Assembly: GCA_965203515.1 (NCBI GenBank)
Contig: OZ241907.1
Location: forward strand, 2,496,001 to 2,560,000
Length of the DNA: 64,000 nt
Source: Spirochaetia bacterium
Lineage (GTDB): Bacteria > Spirochaetota > Spirochaetia > SZUA-6 > Bin103
Direction of reading: 5' to 3'
The position numbers and the translations under genes are program-made. Below are positions 8,271 to 18,165 of this stretch, piece by piece. The notes beneath the pieces are model-generated. The model ran no database searches. It worked only from the letters and a program-made list of their open reading frames with translations, and was not told the origin of the DNA. The first letter of the stretch is position 1; every line of letters starts with the position of its first letter.

Positions 8271-10336
8271 GTCAGCCTGATTGTTGCCGGATACGGGTCG
8301 AACCTGTCAACCGGCAGCCGAACCTGCATACTGGCGTCGCGCGCGTGCCAAGCGACGTATGGGCTGACGACGATGGTCCCGTTCCACCCGACCGCCACGA
8401 AGCGCCCGTTACCCCAGGCAACGTCGCGCAGCGTATCGAAGGTGGCGATCTCGGAGGCCGGCTCCCAGCGGTCGCCGTCGGCGCTGTACATGATGGTGCC
8501 GTCAAAGGAGCCCACTGCCACGAAGCGCCGGCCGTTCCAGGCGACCGCTTCGAAATGCTCATCCACCAAAAAGTCGTGGTCATTCGCCAGCTCCCAGCGG
8601 TCGCCGTCCCTGCTGTGCACGATCGGGCCTATGCGGTCGTCGCTCCCGCCCCATCCCACGGCGACGAAGCGCTCACCATTCCAGGCAACGCCGCTGAAGC
8701 CATAGTGGTATGTCGTCGGCTCATGAGGGTCGGCCGGTTGCGCGGCCCGAACCGGCACCGCAGGCCGGCTCGCCGGCCGCCAGTGAATGCCGTCGTCGCT
8801 GTGCACGATCACTCCGTGATAACCGACCGCTACAAAGCGCTCGCCACCCCAGACCACGTCGTTCAAAGGCTCCGAAGTGCCGCTGTCGACGACCGTCGTC
8901 CAGCGGTCGCCGTCGCTGCTGCGCACGATCGTTCCCCCGTGGCCAACGGCGATCAGATCCTGGCCGTTCCAGGCAATGGCGTTGAGGGTTCCTTCCAAAG
9001 GAAGCAGAAGCTCCTGCCAGCGGTCACCATCCGCGCTGGAGGCGATCGTGGCGCCAACGGCTACGAAACGGTCGCCGGCCCAGACGACGTCGTTAAGGCC
9101 GCGCAGGTCAGGGCCGTACCGGTTAGCGTCAGAGCTGACGCTCGCGTGCTGCCAACGCTGCCCATCGGCGCTATGCAGCACCATCGAGTCCGGCCAGCCT
9201 GCGACCGCCACGAACCGCTCGCCGCCCCAGGCGACGCCGACGAGTTCGGGCAGGAGAGCGCGGGAATCGCTTGCCTGCTCCCAATGGAGACCGTCGCCGC
9301 TGACCAGGATCGCGCCGCCCCGACCGACGGCTACGAAGCCGGCGCCGTTCCAGGCGATGCCGTCAAGACGATAGTCCCAGTCATCGGACATCCGCCAACT
9401 ACCTGCCGACCATACCCTGCTGGACGTTTCGATGGCTTCCCCTTTGACCTCTACCGTCGCCGTTTCCCAGCGGTCGCCGTCGCTGCTATGCAGGATACTG
9501 TCGCCGACCGCCACGAAGCGTTCGCCACTCCAAGCCACGTCGTCCAGCCGCTCCGGGGGCGGGAGAATACTGCGGCTCAGGTCCCAGCTCTTGCCATCGC
9601 TGCTGCGCAGGATGATACCCGCGCCAACCGCCACGAAGCGCTCGCCATTATAGACGACGTCGTGGAGCGTCGAGGTGCCGCCGTCTCGTGCCGTCTGCCA
9701 GTGTTCGCCGTCAGCGCTGTACACGATTACGCCATCACTCCCGACCGCTACGAAGCGGCCGCCTCCCCACGCAATGCCGTACAGGCTGGCGCGCGTAGTC
9801 CGCTGTCGTACCCGCTGCCAACGCAGGCCGTCGCGGCTCTGCGCGATGGCGCCGTCGATACCTGCCGCGACGAAGCGATCGTTGCCCCAGGCAACGCCGT
9901 TGAAGAGGCCCCGCATATTGGGGATGCGTGACCTCTCCCAGATATCGCCGTCGGTGCTGCTTACGATCGTATAGTGACCGACTGCAACGAAACGCCCGCC
10001 TCCCCAAATGACTTCGTTGAACCACGCGTGGTCGCAGCAACGTGCCGCGGACCAGTTGTTTCCGTCGCTGCTGCGCAGGATCGTCCCCTCTTCTCCGACC
10101 GCGACAAAGAGCTCGCCGCTCGCGGCAACGCTCTCCAGGCTCAGTCCGGTCTTTCCGCTGGAAGAGGTCAAGCCACCGCCGCCGCGCACCAACCGCCATA
10201 CCGCTCCTGCGGCATCGTCGGGCGGCAGCTCCGCGCGCTGCGCCAGCGCCGGCGCCCACGGGATGAGCAGCAGCACGAGCATCCCGACCCCAATCCTTGC
10301 CCGACCGCTGCCCGGCTGGGGTGATGCGTGTGTCAT
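8180..10336 (-). CDS. Secreted BNR/Asp-box-like beta-propeller repeat protein
   Basis: Signal peptide (..PALA-Q) and 14 copies of VAWxGxRFVAVG...SxDGxxW. Confidence 0.88.
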   Translation of the reverse strand: MTHASPQPGSGRARIGVGMLVLLLIPWAPALAQRAELPPDDAAGAVWRLVRGGGGLTSSSGKTGLSLESVAASGELFVAVGEEGTILRSSDGNNWSAARCCDHAWFNEVIWGGGRFVAVGHYTIVSSTDGDIWERSRIPNMRGLFNGVAWGNDRFVAAGIDGAIAQSRDGLRWQRVRQRTTRASLYGIAWGGGRFVAVGSDGVIVYSADGEHWQTARDGGTSTLHDVVYNGERFVAVGAGIILRSSDGKSWDLSRSILPPPERLDDVAWSGERFVAVGDSILHSSDGDRWETATVEVKGEAIETSSRVWSAGSWRMSDDWDYRLDGIAWNGAGFVAVGRGGAILVSGDGLHWEQASDSRALLPELVGVAWGGERFVAVAGWPDSMVLHSADGQRWQHASVSSDANRYGPDLRGLNDVVWAGDRFVAVGATIASSADGDRWQELLLPLEGTLNAIAWNGQDLIAVGHGGTIVRSSDGDRWTTVVDSGTSEPLNDVVWGGERFVAVGYHGVIVHSDDGIHWRPASRPAVPVRAAQPADPHEPTTYHYGFSGVAWNGERFVAVGWGGSDDRIGPIVHSRDGDRWELANDHDFLVDEHFEAVAWNGRRFVAVGSFDGTIMYSADGDRWEPASEIATFDTLRDVAWGNGRFVAVGWNGTIVVSPYVAWHARDASMQVRLPVDRFDPYPATIRLTWVSREPRSMTSAMAMGMSMRIGTQTVADG

Positions 10337-10479
10337 GGCCTACATGGTAACCGGTGGTCCCCAGTACGCGCCACCGTACGCCGCGCAGGCGCGCCGCGTC
10401 ACTACGCCCCTCCGCGTCAGCCGCCGTACGAGGAGGGGGGCCTGCGTTCGAGTGGAGCTTGATTGAGGCATGCGGCGGG

Positions 10480-10509
10480 TTGACACCGCGGCGTCCCCGG
10501 CGCTACCCT
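10480..10509 (+). promoter_or_regulatory. alaS sigma70 promoter (near-leaderless)
   Basis: TTGACA-N18-TACCCT, 5 nt before ATG 10515; no SD. Confidence 0.6.
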
Positions 10510-10514
10510 CGGCT

Positions 10515-12308
10515 ATGAAGGTCAACGAGCTCCGCGACGCCTATCTGGAATACTTCGTGTCCAGGGGCCACGCGCTCATTCCCAACCACTCGCTGATCCC
10601 GGAGAACGACCCCACGGCGTTGTTCGTGATGGCCGGCGTGCACCCGCTGGTCCCGTACGTGCTGGGCGCTCCGCACCCTTCGGGACGGCGGCTGGTCAAC
10701 GTGCAGAAGTGCATCCGCACGATCGACATCGATCTGGTCGGCGACCAGTCGCACCTGACGCTGATCGAGATGCTGGGCAACTGGTCGCTCGGCGACTACT
10801 TCAAGCAAGGCGCGATCGAGCTGAGCCATGAGTTCCTCACCGACAGCCGCTGGCTGGGCTTTCCGGTCGAGCACCTGCACGTGACCTGCTTCGCCGGCAA
10901 CGACACGGTACCCCGCGACGACGAGGCGGCGTCCGCCTGGCGATCGCTCGGCATCGCCGAGGATCACATCCACTTCCTCAAGGACGACAATTGGTGGGGA
11001 CCGGCCGGCCGGACCGGTCCGTGCGGCCCGACCACGGAGATGTACGTCGATCTGCATCCCGACGCCGGCGACGACGGCCGTACGCCGGGCAACGGCGACC
11101 GCCACTTGGAGATATGGAACGACGTCTTCATGCAGTACGACAAGACGCGCGAAGGCCGCTTCGTGCCCCTGCAGCAGCAGTGCGTGGACACCGGCATGGG
11201 CGTGGAGCGCACCGCCGCGGTCCTGCAGGGGGCGGCCAGCGTGTACGACGTCGACGTCCTCTCCCCGGTCGTCGCCACCGCCGTCGACCAGGCCGGCGGC
11301 GCCTACGGAGCGGATGGCGAGCGCGACCGGTCGATCCGCATTCTGGTCGATCACGTGCGCGCCGCCGTGTTCATGCTCGGCGACGAGGCCGGCATCACCC
11401 CCTCCAATCTCGGCCAGGGCTACGTGTTGCGCCGGCTCATTCGCCGCGCCATCCGCCACGGGCGCAAGCTCGACATTCCCGGAGAGATGCTGCGCGCCAC
11501 CGCCGAAAGCGTCATCGACCGGTATGGTGACGCCTACCCGCAGCTCGCCGAACGCGGGGATACGATCCTGAGCGAGCTGTCACGGGAGGAGGGCCGCTTC
11601 TCCACCGCGCTGGCCAGGGGCGAGGCGGAGCTGCAGAAGGCGCTGCCGCGCCTGCTGGACCGCGCCGACCGGGTGGTCCCGGGCGACTTCGCCTTCCGCC
11701 TGTACGACACGTTCGGGTTCCCGCTGGAGATCACCGCGGAGTTGGCCGGCGAGCACGGTCTGACCGTGGATCGTCCGGCATTCGACCGGGAGTACGCCGA
11801 GCACCAGAAGCGATCCAAGACCGGCGCGGACAAGACCTTCAAGGGCGGGCTGGCCGACGCCAGCGAATCGGTGCAACGGCTGCACACCGCCACGCACCTG
11901 CTGCATCAGGCGCTGCGTGACGAGTTGGGAACGCACGTGCAGCAGAAGGGGAGCAACATCACCGCCGAACGGCTGCGGTTCGACTTCTCGCACGGCAAGC
12001 CGATGTCCCCGGAAGAGATCGAGCGGGTGCAGGCCGTCGTCAACGACCGCATCGGCGAAGATCTGCCGGTCAGCGTGCAGGTGATGAAGCTGCATGACGC
12101 CCTGGACGGCGGGGCCATCGCCCTGTTCGGGGAGAAGTATCAGGAGGACGTGAAGGTCTATTCGATCGGCAGCTATTCCCAGGAGGTGTGCGGCGGCCCG
12201 CACGTCCGGCGCACCGGCGAGCTGGGCCGGTTCCGCATCGTCAAGGAGCAGTCGTCATCGGCCGGGGTGCGGCGTATCCGCGCCGTGTTGGAGCCCGCGG
12301 CCTCGTAG
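10515..12308 (+). CDS. alaS: Alanine--tRNA ligase, short form lacking C-Ala domain
   Basis: QKCIRT, EMLGNWS, GPCGP, EIWNDVFMQY, DTGMG, editing motifs HTATH and CGGPH, ends GVRRIRA. Confidence 0.96.
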   Translation: MKVNELRDAYLEYFVSRGHALIPNHSLIPENDPTALFVMAGVHPLVPYVLGAPHPSGRRLVNVQKCIRTIDIDLVGDQSHLTLIEMLGNWSLGDYFKQGAIELSHEFLTDSRWLGFPVEHLHVTCFAGNDTVPRDDEAASAWRSLGIAEDHIHFLKDDNWWGPAGRTGPCGPTTEMYVDLHPDAGDDGRTPGNGDRHLEIWNDVFMQYDKTREGRFVPLQQQCVDTGMGVERTAAVLQGAASVYDVDVLSPVVATAVDQAGGAYGADGERDRSIRILVDHVRAAVFMLGDEAGITPSNLGQGYVLRRLIRRAIRHGRKLDIPGEMLRATAESVIDRYGDAYPQLAERGDTILSELSREEGRFSTALARGEAELQKALPRLLDRADRVVPGDFAFRLYDTFGFPLEITAELAGEHGLTVDRPAFDREYAEHQKRSKTGADKTFKGGLADASESVQRLHTATHLLHQALRDELGTHVQQKGSNITAERLRFDFSHGKPMSPEEIERVQAVVNDRIGEDLPVSVQVMKLHDALDGGAIALFGEKYQEDVKVYSIGSYSQEVCGGPHVRRTGELGRFRIVKEQSSSAGVRRIRAVLEPAAS

Positions 12309-12367
12309 CCGCCGGCCGCCGCTACCCGGCGACTCGGGGTACCCGACGCGCCTGCCGGCACCGTCGG

Positions 12368-12988
12368 TCAGCCCACGCGGCCCTTCGTGGAGCGCGGTTC
12401 CCACCCCGGAGCCGCCCGGAACGCCTGCCCCAGTGCGCGGCCCAACGCCTTGCACAGCGCTTCGGCCATGTGATGGGAGTTGTCGCCGTAGCGGACCGCG
12501 GCGTGGACGTTGATACGGGCCCGCCCGGCCAGCGCGGTGAAGAACTCGCGCAACAGCCACACGTCGAAGTCGCCGGCCCGGTCCTGCGGGAAGGAGGCGT
12601 CGAACCGGCAGTAGCCGCGCCCGCCGGCGTCGACGGTCACCTCGGCCAGGGCGTCGTCCATGGGGATCACGGCGTGCCCGAAGCGAGCCAGCGGGCAGCC
12701 CTGCTGCATCGCCCGAAAGAGACATTCGCCCACTACGATGCCGACGTCCTCCACCACGTGGTGGGCATCGACCTCCAGATCGCCCGACGCTGAAACCTGC
12801 AGGCCGATCCCGCCGTGAAACCCCATCGCGTGCAGCATGTGGTCGAAGAACGGCACGCCGGTGGAGACCTCGACGACCGGCGCGCTGCCGCCGTCGGCGG
12901 GGTCGAGGTCCAGCCGCACCGCGACCTCCGTCTCCCTGGTCTTGCGCTCGAACGAAGTCTGCCGGCCTGCCATCGGATGGATACTCAT
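12368..12988 (-). CDS. hisB: Imidazoleglycerol-phosphate dehydratase
   Basis: RKTRET, FFDHML, DAHHVVED, PMDD, NSHHMAE, STKG; alternative start 12973. Confidence 0.95.
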   Translation of the reverse strand: MSIHPMAGRQTSFERKTRETEVAVRLDLDPADGGSAPVVEVSTGVPFFDHMLHAMGFHGGIGLQVSASGDLEVDAHHVVEDVGIVVGECLFRAMQQGCPLARFGHAVIPMDDALAEVTVDAGGRGYCRFDASFPQDRAGDFDVWLLREFFTALAGRARINVHAAVRYGDNSHHMAEALCKALGRALGQAFRAAPGWEPRSTKGRVG

Positions 12989-13028
12989 GCCCCCGGTGTG
13001 GGAGAGTAGCGGGTATGGAGTCGGACTC

Positions 13029-13538
13029 TCACCAGTGGTCGTAGGAGACGATCTGCCGGAGCGGCTTGCGCCGCTGCTGCGGCGTCGCCCCGGCGCAGAA
13101 GCCCAGCGCCAGCAGCAGCACCACTCGCATGCGATGCGGTACGAACAGCAGGTCTTTGACATCCTGCTCGTCGAACGACGTGACGAAGCAGCTCTGCAGC
13201 CCCTCGGCCTCGGCCTGCAGGGCCATGAACGCCGCCGCCATCGCCAAGTCGATCGGATACGAGTACTGCCCGTTTGGCATCAGGTAATCGATGTTCGTGG
13301 TGCATGCGGCGATGATGACCGGGGCCGTTCCGACGTTCTGCTCACGAAACGCCGCCTCGGCGACCTTGTCGCGCAGGTCGGCCTTGCGTATGACGATGAA
13401 CCGCCACTCCTGCCGGTTCTTCGCCGACGGCGCCAGACGGCCCGCTTCGACGATCCGGTCGAGCTTGTCCGGGTCGATCGGCCGACCGTCGAAGCGCAGA
13501 CAACTGCGCCGTTCCGCTATCTCCGGGAGCAGCGCCAT
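13029..13538 (-). CDS. Nitroreductase family protein
   Basis: RRSCLRF, APSAKNRQEWRF, LQAEAEGLQSC. Confidence 0.88.
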   Translation of the reverse strand: MALLPEIAERRSCLRFDGRPIDPDKLDRIVEAGRLAPSAKNRQEWRFIVIRKADLRDKVAEAAFREQNVGTAPVIIAACTTNIDYLMPNGQYSYPIDLAMAAAFMALQAEAEGLQSCFVTSFDEQDVKDLLFVPHRMRVVLLLALGFCAGATPQQRRKPLRQIVSYDHW

Positions 13539-13569
13539 ATCGTTACACCATAGCCGCCGCCGGCCGGCA

Positions 13570-15315
13570 ATGCAAACTCGCCCGCGGCCGCCGGCGGTAC
13601 TCTGCATCATCGCAGCCGTCGCGGCCGCGTCGACCGCGGCCGGCCAAGCGGTCGCGCCGTCCGCGGACTTGGCCGCGATCGAGACGATGGCGCCGCGGCC
13701 GGCCGGTTCCGCCGCCGAGATCAAGGTCATGCGGTACGTCGAAGCCCGCCTGCAGGCCCTGGCGGTGCCGCACGCGGTCCATCCGTCCGGCGCCGTCGTC
13801 GCGTCGGTGCCCGGCCGATACGATCAGACCCTCGCGCTGGTCGTGCCGCTCGATCATGCGCCGCACGCCGTTCCCGGCCGCGACGGCTCGACGGCGATCG
13901 CCGCGGCGCTGCACGTGGTGGAGCGCGCCGCCCGGAACCGGTTGCCGCTGTCGCTGCAGGCGGTATTCGTGAGCGGCGACCACAGAGCGCGCGACCGCGC
14001 CGCGCCCGCCAGCACCGTGCTGGCGGCCGGCAGCGCCGCGTTGGCGGCCAGCGGCAGCCTGCACGAGGCGGCCGTGGTCGTCTACCTGAACCTGCAAGCG
14101 ATTCCCGACCGCCTGGTGCTGCGTACCGACGGGCTTGCCGTGCAGACGCCGCGCTGGCTGCTGGAGGCTGCGGCGGACGCGATCGACCACACCGGCCTGC
14201 CGTTCACGGCCCGCAGCACCGCCAACCAGCTCGCCAGGATCGGGCTGCCGCTGCAGCCGTCCATGGCCGATCCGTACCTGGCATCGGGCTACCCGGCGAT
14301 CGAGCTTGCCGGCCGCTACTCCGGCGCCCGCACCGCGGCGGTCGACGCTTGGGTCGAGGACTTCGCGGCCGTCATCGAGGCTCTGCATCCGCGGGTAGCC
14401 AGCGCGTCCGGCGACGAATGGGAGCGTCACTACCTGTTCGTGAGGATAGGCGAGCTGCGCCTGACGCTGGATGAGATCGGCGTGATCGCGTCGGTAGCTA
14501 CCGCGCTGGCGCTGGCGCTGGCGCTGGCCGTGCTGGTGCCGCGGCGCCTGCATCCCTATCGGCGTCTGCTCCTGCGCCATGCGTGGCTGCTGCCGATCGC
14601 CGCCGTCGCCGTGTACGCGGCGCTTACGACCGCCACCGCACTGCTGGCGGCGCTGCTGGCCGTACGCGATCTCCCTTCGCTATGGCAGCGGCTTCCCGGT
14701 CCGGCTCTGGCCTTCAAAGGGACGACGGCGCTGCTCTTGGTCATGGTGGCGGCAAAGATGCTGGCGCAGGGGGCGGCGGCGTGGCGCACCCACACCCTGC
14801 ACGGCAGCGATCGAGCGCCGGAACCGGATCCGGACCCGGCGCAGCGCCGCCGTCCGGAGGCAGGCGCCCTGTCGGCCGGGGCGGCGGCGCTGCTGCCGGC
14901 GATGGTCGCCGCGGTCACGGCGATCGATCCGACGGCGAGCCTGCCGTTCATCTGCGCCTACGCGGGCGCCTTGCTGTTCTGCCTGGCGCGCCTGCGCGCC
15001 GCCAAGGTCATCTGGCTGGCCGTGTCGGTCGCCGCTCCGGCCGCCGCGGTCGCCGATCTGATCGGCGCCGGCGCCGACGGACTGCTGGAGTCGCTGCTGG
15101 TGTCGTCCATGACCGGCAACGCGCTCCTCACGTTGGCGCTCCTGCCCTTCGTGCTGATGGCGCTTCGCCTTACGCTGAGGCCATCCGAGCCGCTTGCCGC
15201 GTGGGGAGCCCGCCGCCGTCTGCGGCGGTCGATCCTGACGATGGCTCTCATCAGCACGGCCGCAGGCTTGACGCTCGTTGCCTTTCCGTCCGAAGCGCTC
15301 GCCGCTCACCCCTGA
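13570..15315 (+). CDS. Membrane protein with N-terminal M28-peptidase-like domain (degenerate) and multiple C-terminal TM helices
   Basis: Signal peptide, PRPAGSAAE motif, several hydrophobic segments in the C-terminal half. Confidence 0.55.
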   Translation: MQTRPRPPAVLCIIAAVAAASTAAGQAVAPSADLAAIETMAPRPAGSAAEIKVMRYVEARLQALAVPHAVHPSGAVVASVPGRYDQTLALVVPLDHAPHAVPGRDGSTAIAAALHVVERAARNRLPLSLQAVFVSGDHRARDRAAPASTVLAAGSAALAASGSLHEAAVVVYLNLQAIPDRLVLRTDGLAVQTPRWLLEAAADAIDHTGLPFTARSTANQLARIGLPLQPSMADPYLASGYPAIELAGRYSGARTAAVDAWVEDFAAVIEALHPRVASASGDEWERHYLFVRIGELRLTLDEIGVIASVATALALALALAVLVPRRLHPYRRLLLRHAWLLPIAAVAVYAALTTATALLAALLAVRDLPSLWQRLPGPALAFKGTTALLLVMVAAKMLAQGAAAWRTHTLHGSDRAPEPDPDPAQRRRPEAGALSAGAAALLPAMVAAVTAIDPTASLPFICAYAGALLFCLARLRAAKVIWLAVSVAAPAAAVADLIGAGADGLLESLLVSSMTGNALLTLALLPFVLMALRLTLRPSEPLAAWGARRRLRRSILTMALISTAAGLTLVAFPSEALAAHP

Positions 15316-16049
15316 GCGATCCAGCCGTCCATGTCGCGGCTCCGCAACGTGCCCAGCAGGCGGTCGGCCTCCGGGCGCGATGCGTACGGACCGATCCGCA
15401 CGCGGTGCATGGTGACGCCGCCGGCGTCGTGCGCCGTAATCCGCCCGGCATAGCCCTGGCCGCTGAGCAGTTTGTACAGGTCGTCGGCTCGTGATCGGGA
15501 GGAAAACGATCCGACCTGGATCCAGTACTGGTGGCCGCCGGCCGCGCGTGGCGCCGGAGCCGGCGCGGGCGTCGGCGCCGGCGCGGCGGCGACCGGAGCC
15601 GCAGGTCGGGTTGCGGCGGGTTGCGCCGTGCGGGACGGCGCCGGTGCTGCTGCCGCAGGCGCCGGCGCTGCCGGTGGCGAAGACGCTGCCGGTAGCGAAG
15701 ACGCTACGGGCAGCGAAGAGGCTGAAGAGGGTGCGGCACGCGGCGTCAACCGGCCGGACGTATCGGGGAACGCCGGCGACGCTGCCGGGGCATCCAGGTC
15801 GCCTACCACCAGGGATACCTGCCGGGTCGGCTCCGTGCTGTCGATCAACCCCGGCGTCTCCTGGTCGTCGCGCACGTATTCGAACGGATCGAACGGTGAA
15901 CCGTCGGCGTACGTGACCGTGATCTCGGCCTCCTGGGCGCCGCGCGGTCGCAGGAAATAGAGGCCGCCGGCCAGCACCACGACGACCAGCAGGCTGACCG
16001 CCACGACCGCCCAGAGTACCCGTTGCGTATCGGCCGATTGCTTCTCCAT
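15306..16049 (-). CDS. SPOR-domain cell-division/peptidoglycan-binding protein
   Basis: N-terminal TM, Pro/Ala linker, YWIQVGSF...HRVRIGPY SPOR motif; GGAGG SD. Confidence 0.88.
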   Translation of the reverse strand: MEKQSADTQRVLWAVVAVSLLVVVVLAGGLYFLRPRGAQEAEITVTYADGSPFDPFEYVRDDQETPGLIDSTEPTRQVSLVVGDLDAPAASPAFPDTSGRLTPRAAPSSASSLPVASSLPAASSPPAAPAPAAAAPAPSRTAQPAATRPAAPVAAAPAPTPAPAPAPRAAGGHQYWIQVGSFSSRSRADDLYKLLSGQGYAGRITAHDAGGVTMHRVRIGPYASRPEADRLLGTLRSRDMDGWIAQG

Positions 16050-16059
16050 TCGTCCTCCC

Positions 16060-16650
16060 TCATCGGCGGCGATCGAGGATACGCTCGACCTGTCGCCGGA
16101 GCACGCCTCTCGTCGCCACGTTATAGACGGAGCGACGAAATACACTACCTGTATCGACGGTCGCGGACCGACGCTTGAGCCGGCGGCCGCGTTGCGCCCA
16201 CATGGTCCGCAGCACGGTGGCGGGCCGTCCGCCACCGATGGCCAGCGTGCGGTACAGACGCATCAGGAGCGGCGCGCGCACCCAGAGCACCAGGTCGCAG
16301 AGCGCGTCGAGCCCCATGGGATGAAGCAGCGCCGCGTCGATGACCACGGCCGCCGGCTCGACGGTGACCAGGGTCGTCACGCGGCGCACCATCACCGGAT
16401 GCACGATCGCCTCCAGACGGCGCCGCGCCTCCGCCGTGCGGAACACCAGCGCCCCGAGGCGGCGTCGATCGATCTGTCCGTCGGGAAACAGGATGCCCCG
16501 GCCGAAGGCGCTGACGATGCGGTCGCGCTCGGTGACCAGTGCCCGGTGGCCAAGCCGGTCGACGTCGATCACCCGGTAGCCGGCATCCGCCAGCATCCCC
16601 GCCACCGCGCTCTTGCCGGAACCGAGCTTGCCGGCCACGCCGACGACCAC
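16060..16650 (-). CDS. coaE: Dephospho-CoA kinase
   Basis: GKLGSGKS P-loop, IDVD, IDRRRLGALVF, LEAIVHP. Confidence 0.9.
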   Translation of the reverse strand: MVVGVAGKLGSGKSAVAGMLADAGYRVIDVDRLGHRALVTERDRIVSAFGRGILFPDGQIDRRRLGALVFRTAEARRRLEAIVHPVMVRRVTTLVTVEPAAVVIDAALLHPMGLDALCDLVLWVRAPLLMRLYRTLAIGGGRPATVLRTMWAQRGRRLKRRSATVDTGSVFRRSVYNVATRGVLRRQVERILDRRR

Positions 16651-16668
16651 GCCTGTCGGCCGCTCGGG

Positions 16669-18165
16669 TTACGCCGTGGCGGCGCGGTGTGCGGCGGCCG
16701 GCTGCGGCTTGACGCTCTCCGGGAACTGACGGCCGGTGAACAGGCGAAACTGCTCGTACGCCTGTTCGGCCAGCATCTGCCTGCCGTCGATGATGGCGCA
16801 TCCCGCCTCTCGCGCACGCTTCAGGATCGGCGTCAACCCCTCACCGTAGACCAGATCGTAGACCACCTCGTGTCCGCGAAAGGGGTACGCCGCCAGTGGA
16901 TCGCCCGGATTGTCGGGCAGCCCCATGCTGGTGGTCTGGACGATCAGCTCGTCGTAGGCCGGCACCCGCGCCAGCCCTGGCGCATCGAGTCCCGCGGCCG
17001 TCGCTCCGTGCTCCAAAGCCAAGGCATGCGCGCGCTCCGCGGTCCGATTGAGGATCAGCAGCTCGGCGCCGAGCGAACGCAACGCGAAGGCGACCGCGCG
17101 GGCGGCGCCCCCCGCCCCGACCACCGCGGCGCGCCGCGGCGCGAACGACATCCGCCGGAGCGGAGCCAGAAAGCCGTGCATGTCCGTGTTTTCGCCCCGC
17201 CAACCGTTCCGCTCCCGCACCAGCGTGTTGCACGCCCCGACCCGCCGAACGGTCGCGCCGGCGACCGACATGCGCGCCGCGCGGCCCTTGTGAGGGATCG
17301 TCACCGAACAGCCATCCAGCGGCAGAAGCCGTGCCAGTCGATCGAGCTCCGCCAGGTCATCCAGCTCGATCGGCACGTAGACCGCATCGATATCCGCCGC
17401 CGCCAGCGCGGGGTTGTGGATATGCGGCGAGCGCGAGTGCGACAGCGGCGTGCCGACCACGCCCAGTACGCGGGTGCCGGCATGGATCGAGCGGAACCGG
17501 TAGAGATCGACCATGGCGGCCGGGTCGAGGTGGCCCGGCGCGGCCGACCGCCCGGCCAGCGAACAGAACGTCAGATAGTTGCCCAGATGGGCCGCCAGGA
17601 TGCGTGTGGGCAGGCCGAAGCGGCCCATGCCCAGCACGATGCGTTCGCGGCCGTCGCCGGCCGCTCCCAGCCCCCGCGCGGCTTCGATCACGTCGACCAT
17701 CTCCCTGCCGGTGCGCGGGGTTACCGCCGCCTTGGCGATCTCCGCCGGCGAGCGAGGAAGCTTGCGGACGATCCGGCCAAGCGGCTGCGGAACGGCGCCC
17801 GTGTCGTGCAGGGAGCGGATCACCCGCACGCCGGCCGGCACCGCCTCGTCGAAGGACCGGTCCACGTCGGACTCCAGATCGACGTAGCGGTAGCCGTCGG
17901 CCGCGGCGGCGATCAACCGGCGGCGCGCCGACTCGTCGCCGCGAAACCGCCCACTCTCGGCCACGCGCCGGACCGTGAGGATGGCGGGCGCCCCGATCAT
18001 GTCCGGGAACCGGCGCAGGTGCGGCAGTTCTCCCTGGTCCAGAAAATCGGCCCGCAACTCGACGACGTCGATGCGGGCGGCGTTGGCGCGCGCCAGATCG
18101 GCCGCGCGCGCCAACGTAGGCTCGGTCAGCGACAGGCAGAGCCGGGCCGACCCGCGATCGCTCAG
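16669..18165 (-). CDS. aroDE: Bifunctional type I 3-dehydroquinate dehydratase / shikimate dehydrogenase
   Basis: VELRAD, APGH, HSRSP.IHN, SVTIPHK, NTD, GAGGAAR, DGRQMLAEQA; frame stays open upstream through LCLSL to a CTG overlapping the previous TGA. Confidence 0.9.
   Translation of the reverse strand: MSDRGSARLCLSLTEPTLARAADLARANAARIDVVELRADFLDQGELPHLRRFPDMIGAPAILTVRRVAESGRFRGDESARRRLIAAAADGYRYVDLESDVDRSFDEAVPAGVRVIRSLHDTGAVPQPLGRIVRKLPRSPAEIAKAAVTPRTGREMVDVIEAARGLGAAGDGRERIVLGMGRFGLPTRILAAHLGNYLTFCSLAGRSAAPGHLDPAAMVDLYRFRSIHAGTRVLGVVGTPLSHSRSPHIHNPALAAADIDAVYVPIELDDLAELDRLARLLPLDGCSVTIPHKGRAARMSVAGATVRRVGACNTLVRERNGWRGENTDMHGFLAPLRRMSFAPRRAAVVGAGGAARAVAFALRSLGAELLILNRTAERAHALALEHGATAAGLDAPGLARVPAYDELIVQTTSMGLPDNPGDPLAAYPFRGHEVVYDLVYGEGLTPILKRAREAGCAIIDGRQMLAEQAYEQFRLFTGRQFPESVKPQPAAAHRAATA

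Noticed and set aside
8360..10140. Propeller repeats as template/variable repeats of a diversity-generating retroelement
   Set aside because: Repeats are diverged at all positions rather than adenine-specifically, and there is no reverse transcriptase in the window
10340..10480. T-box riboswitch upstream of alaS
   Set aside because: No T-box consensus seen, and the promoter lies immediately before the start codon, leaving no leader
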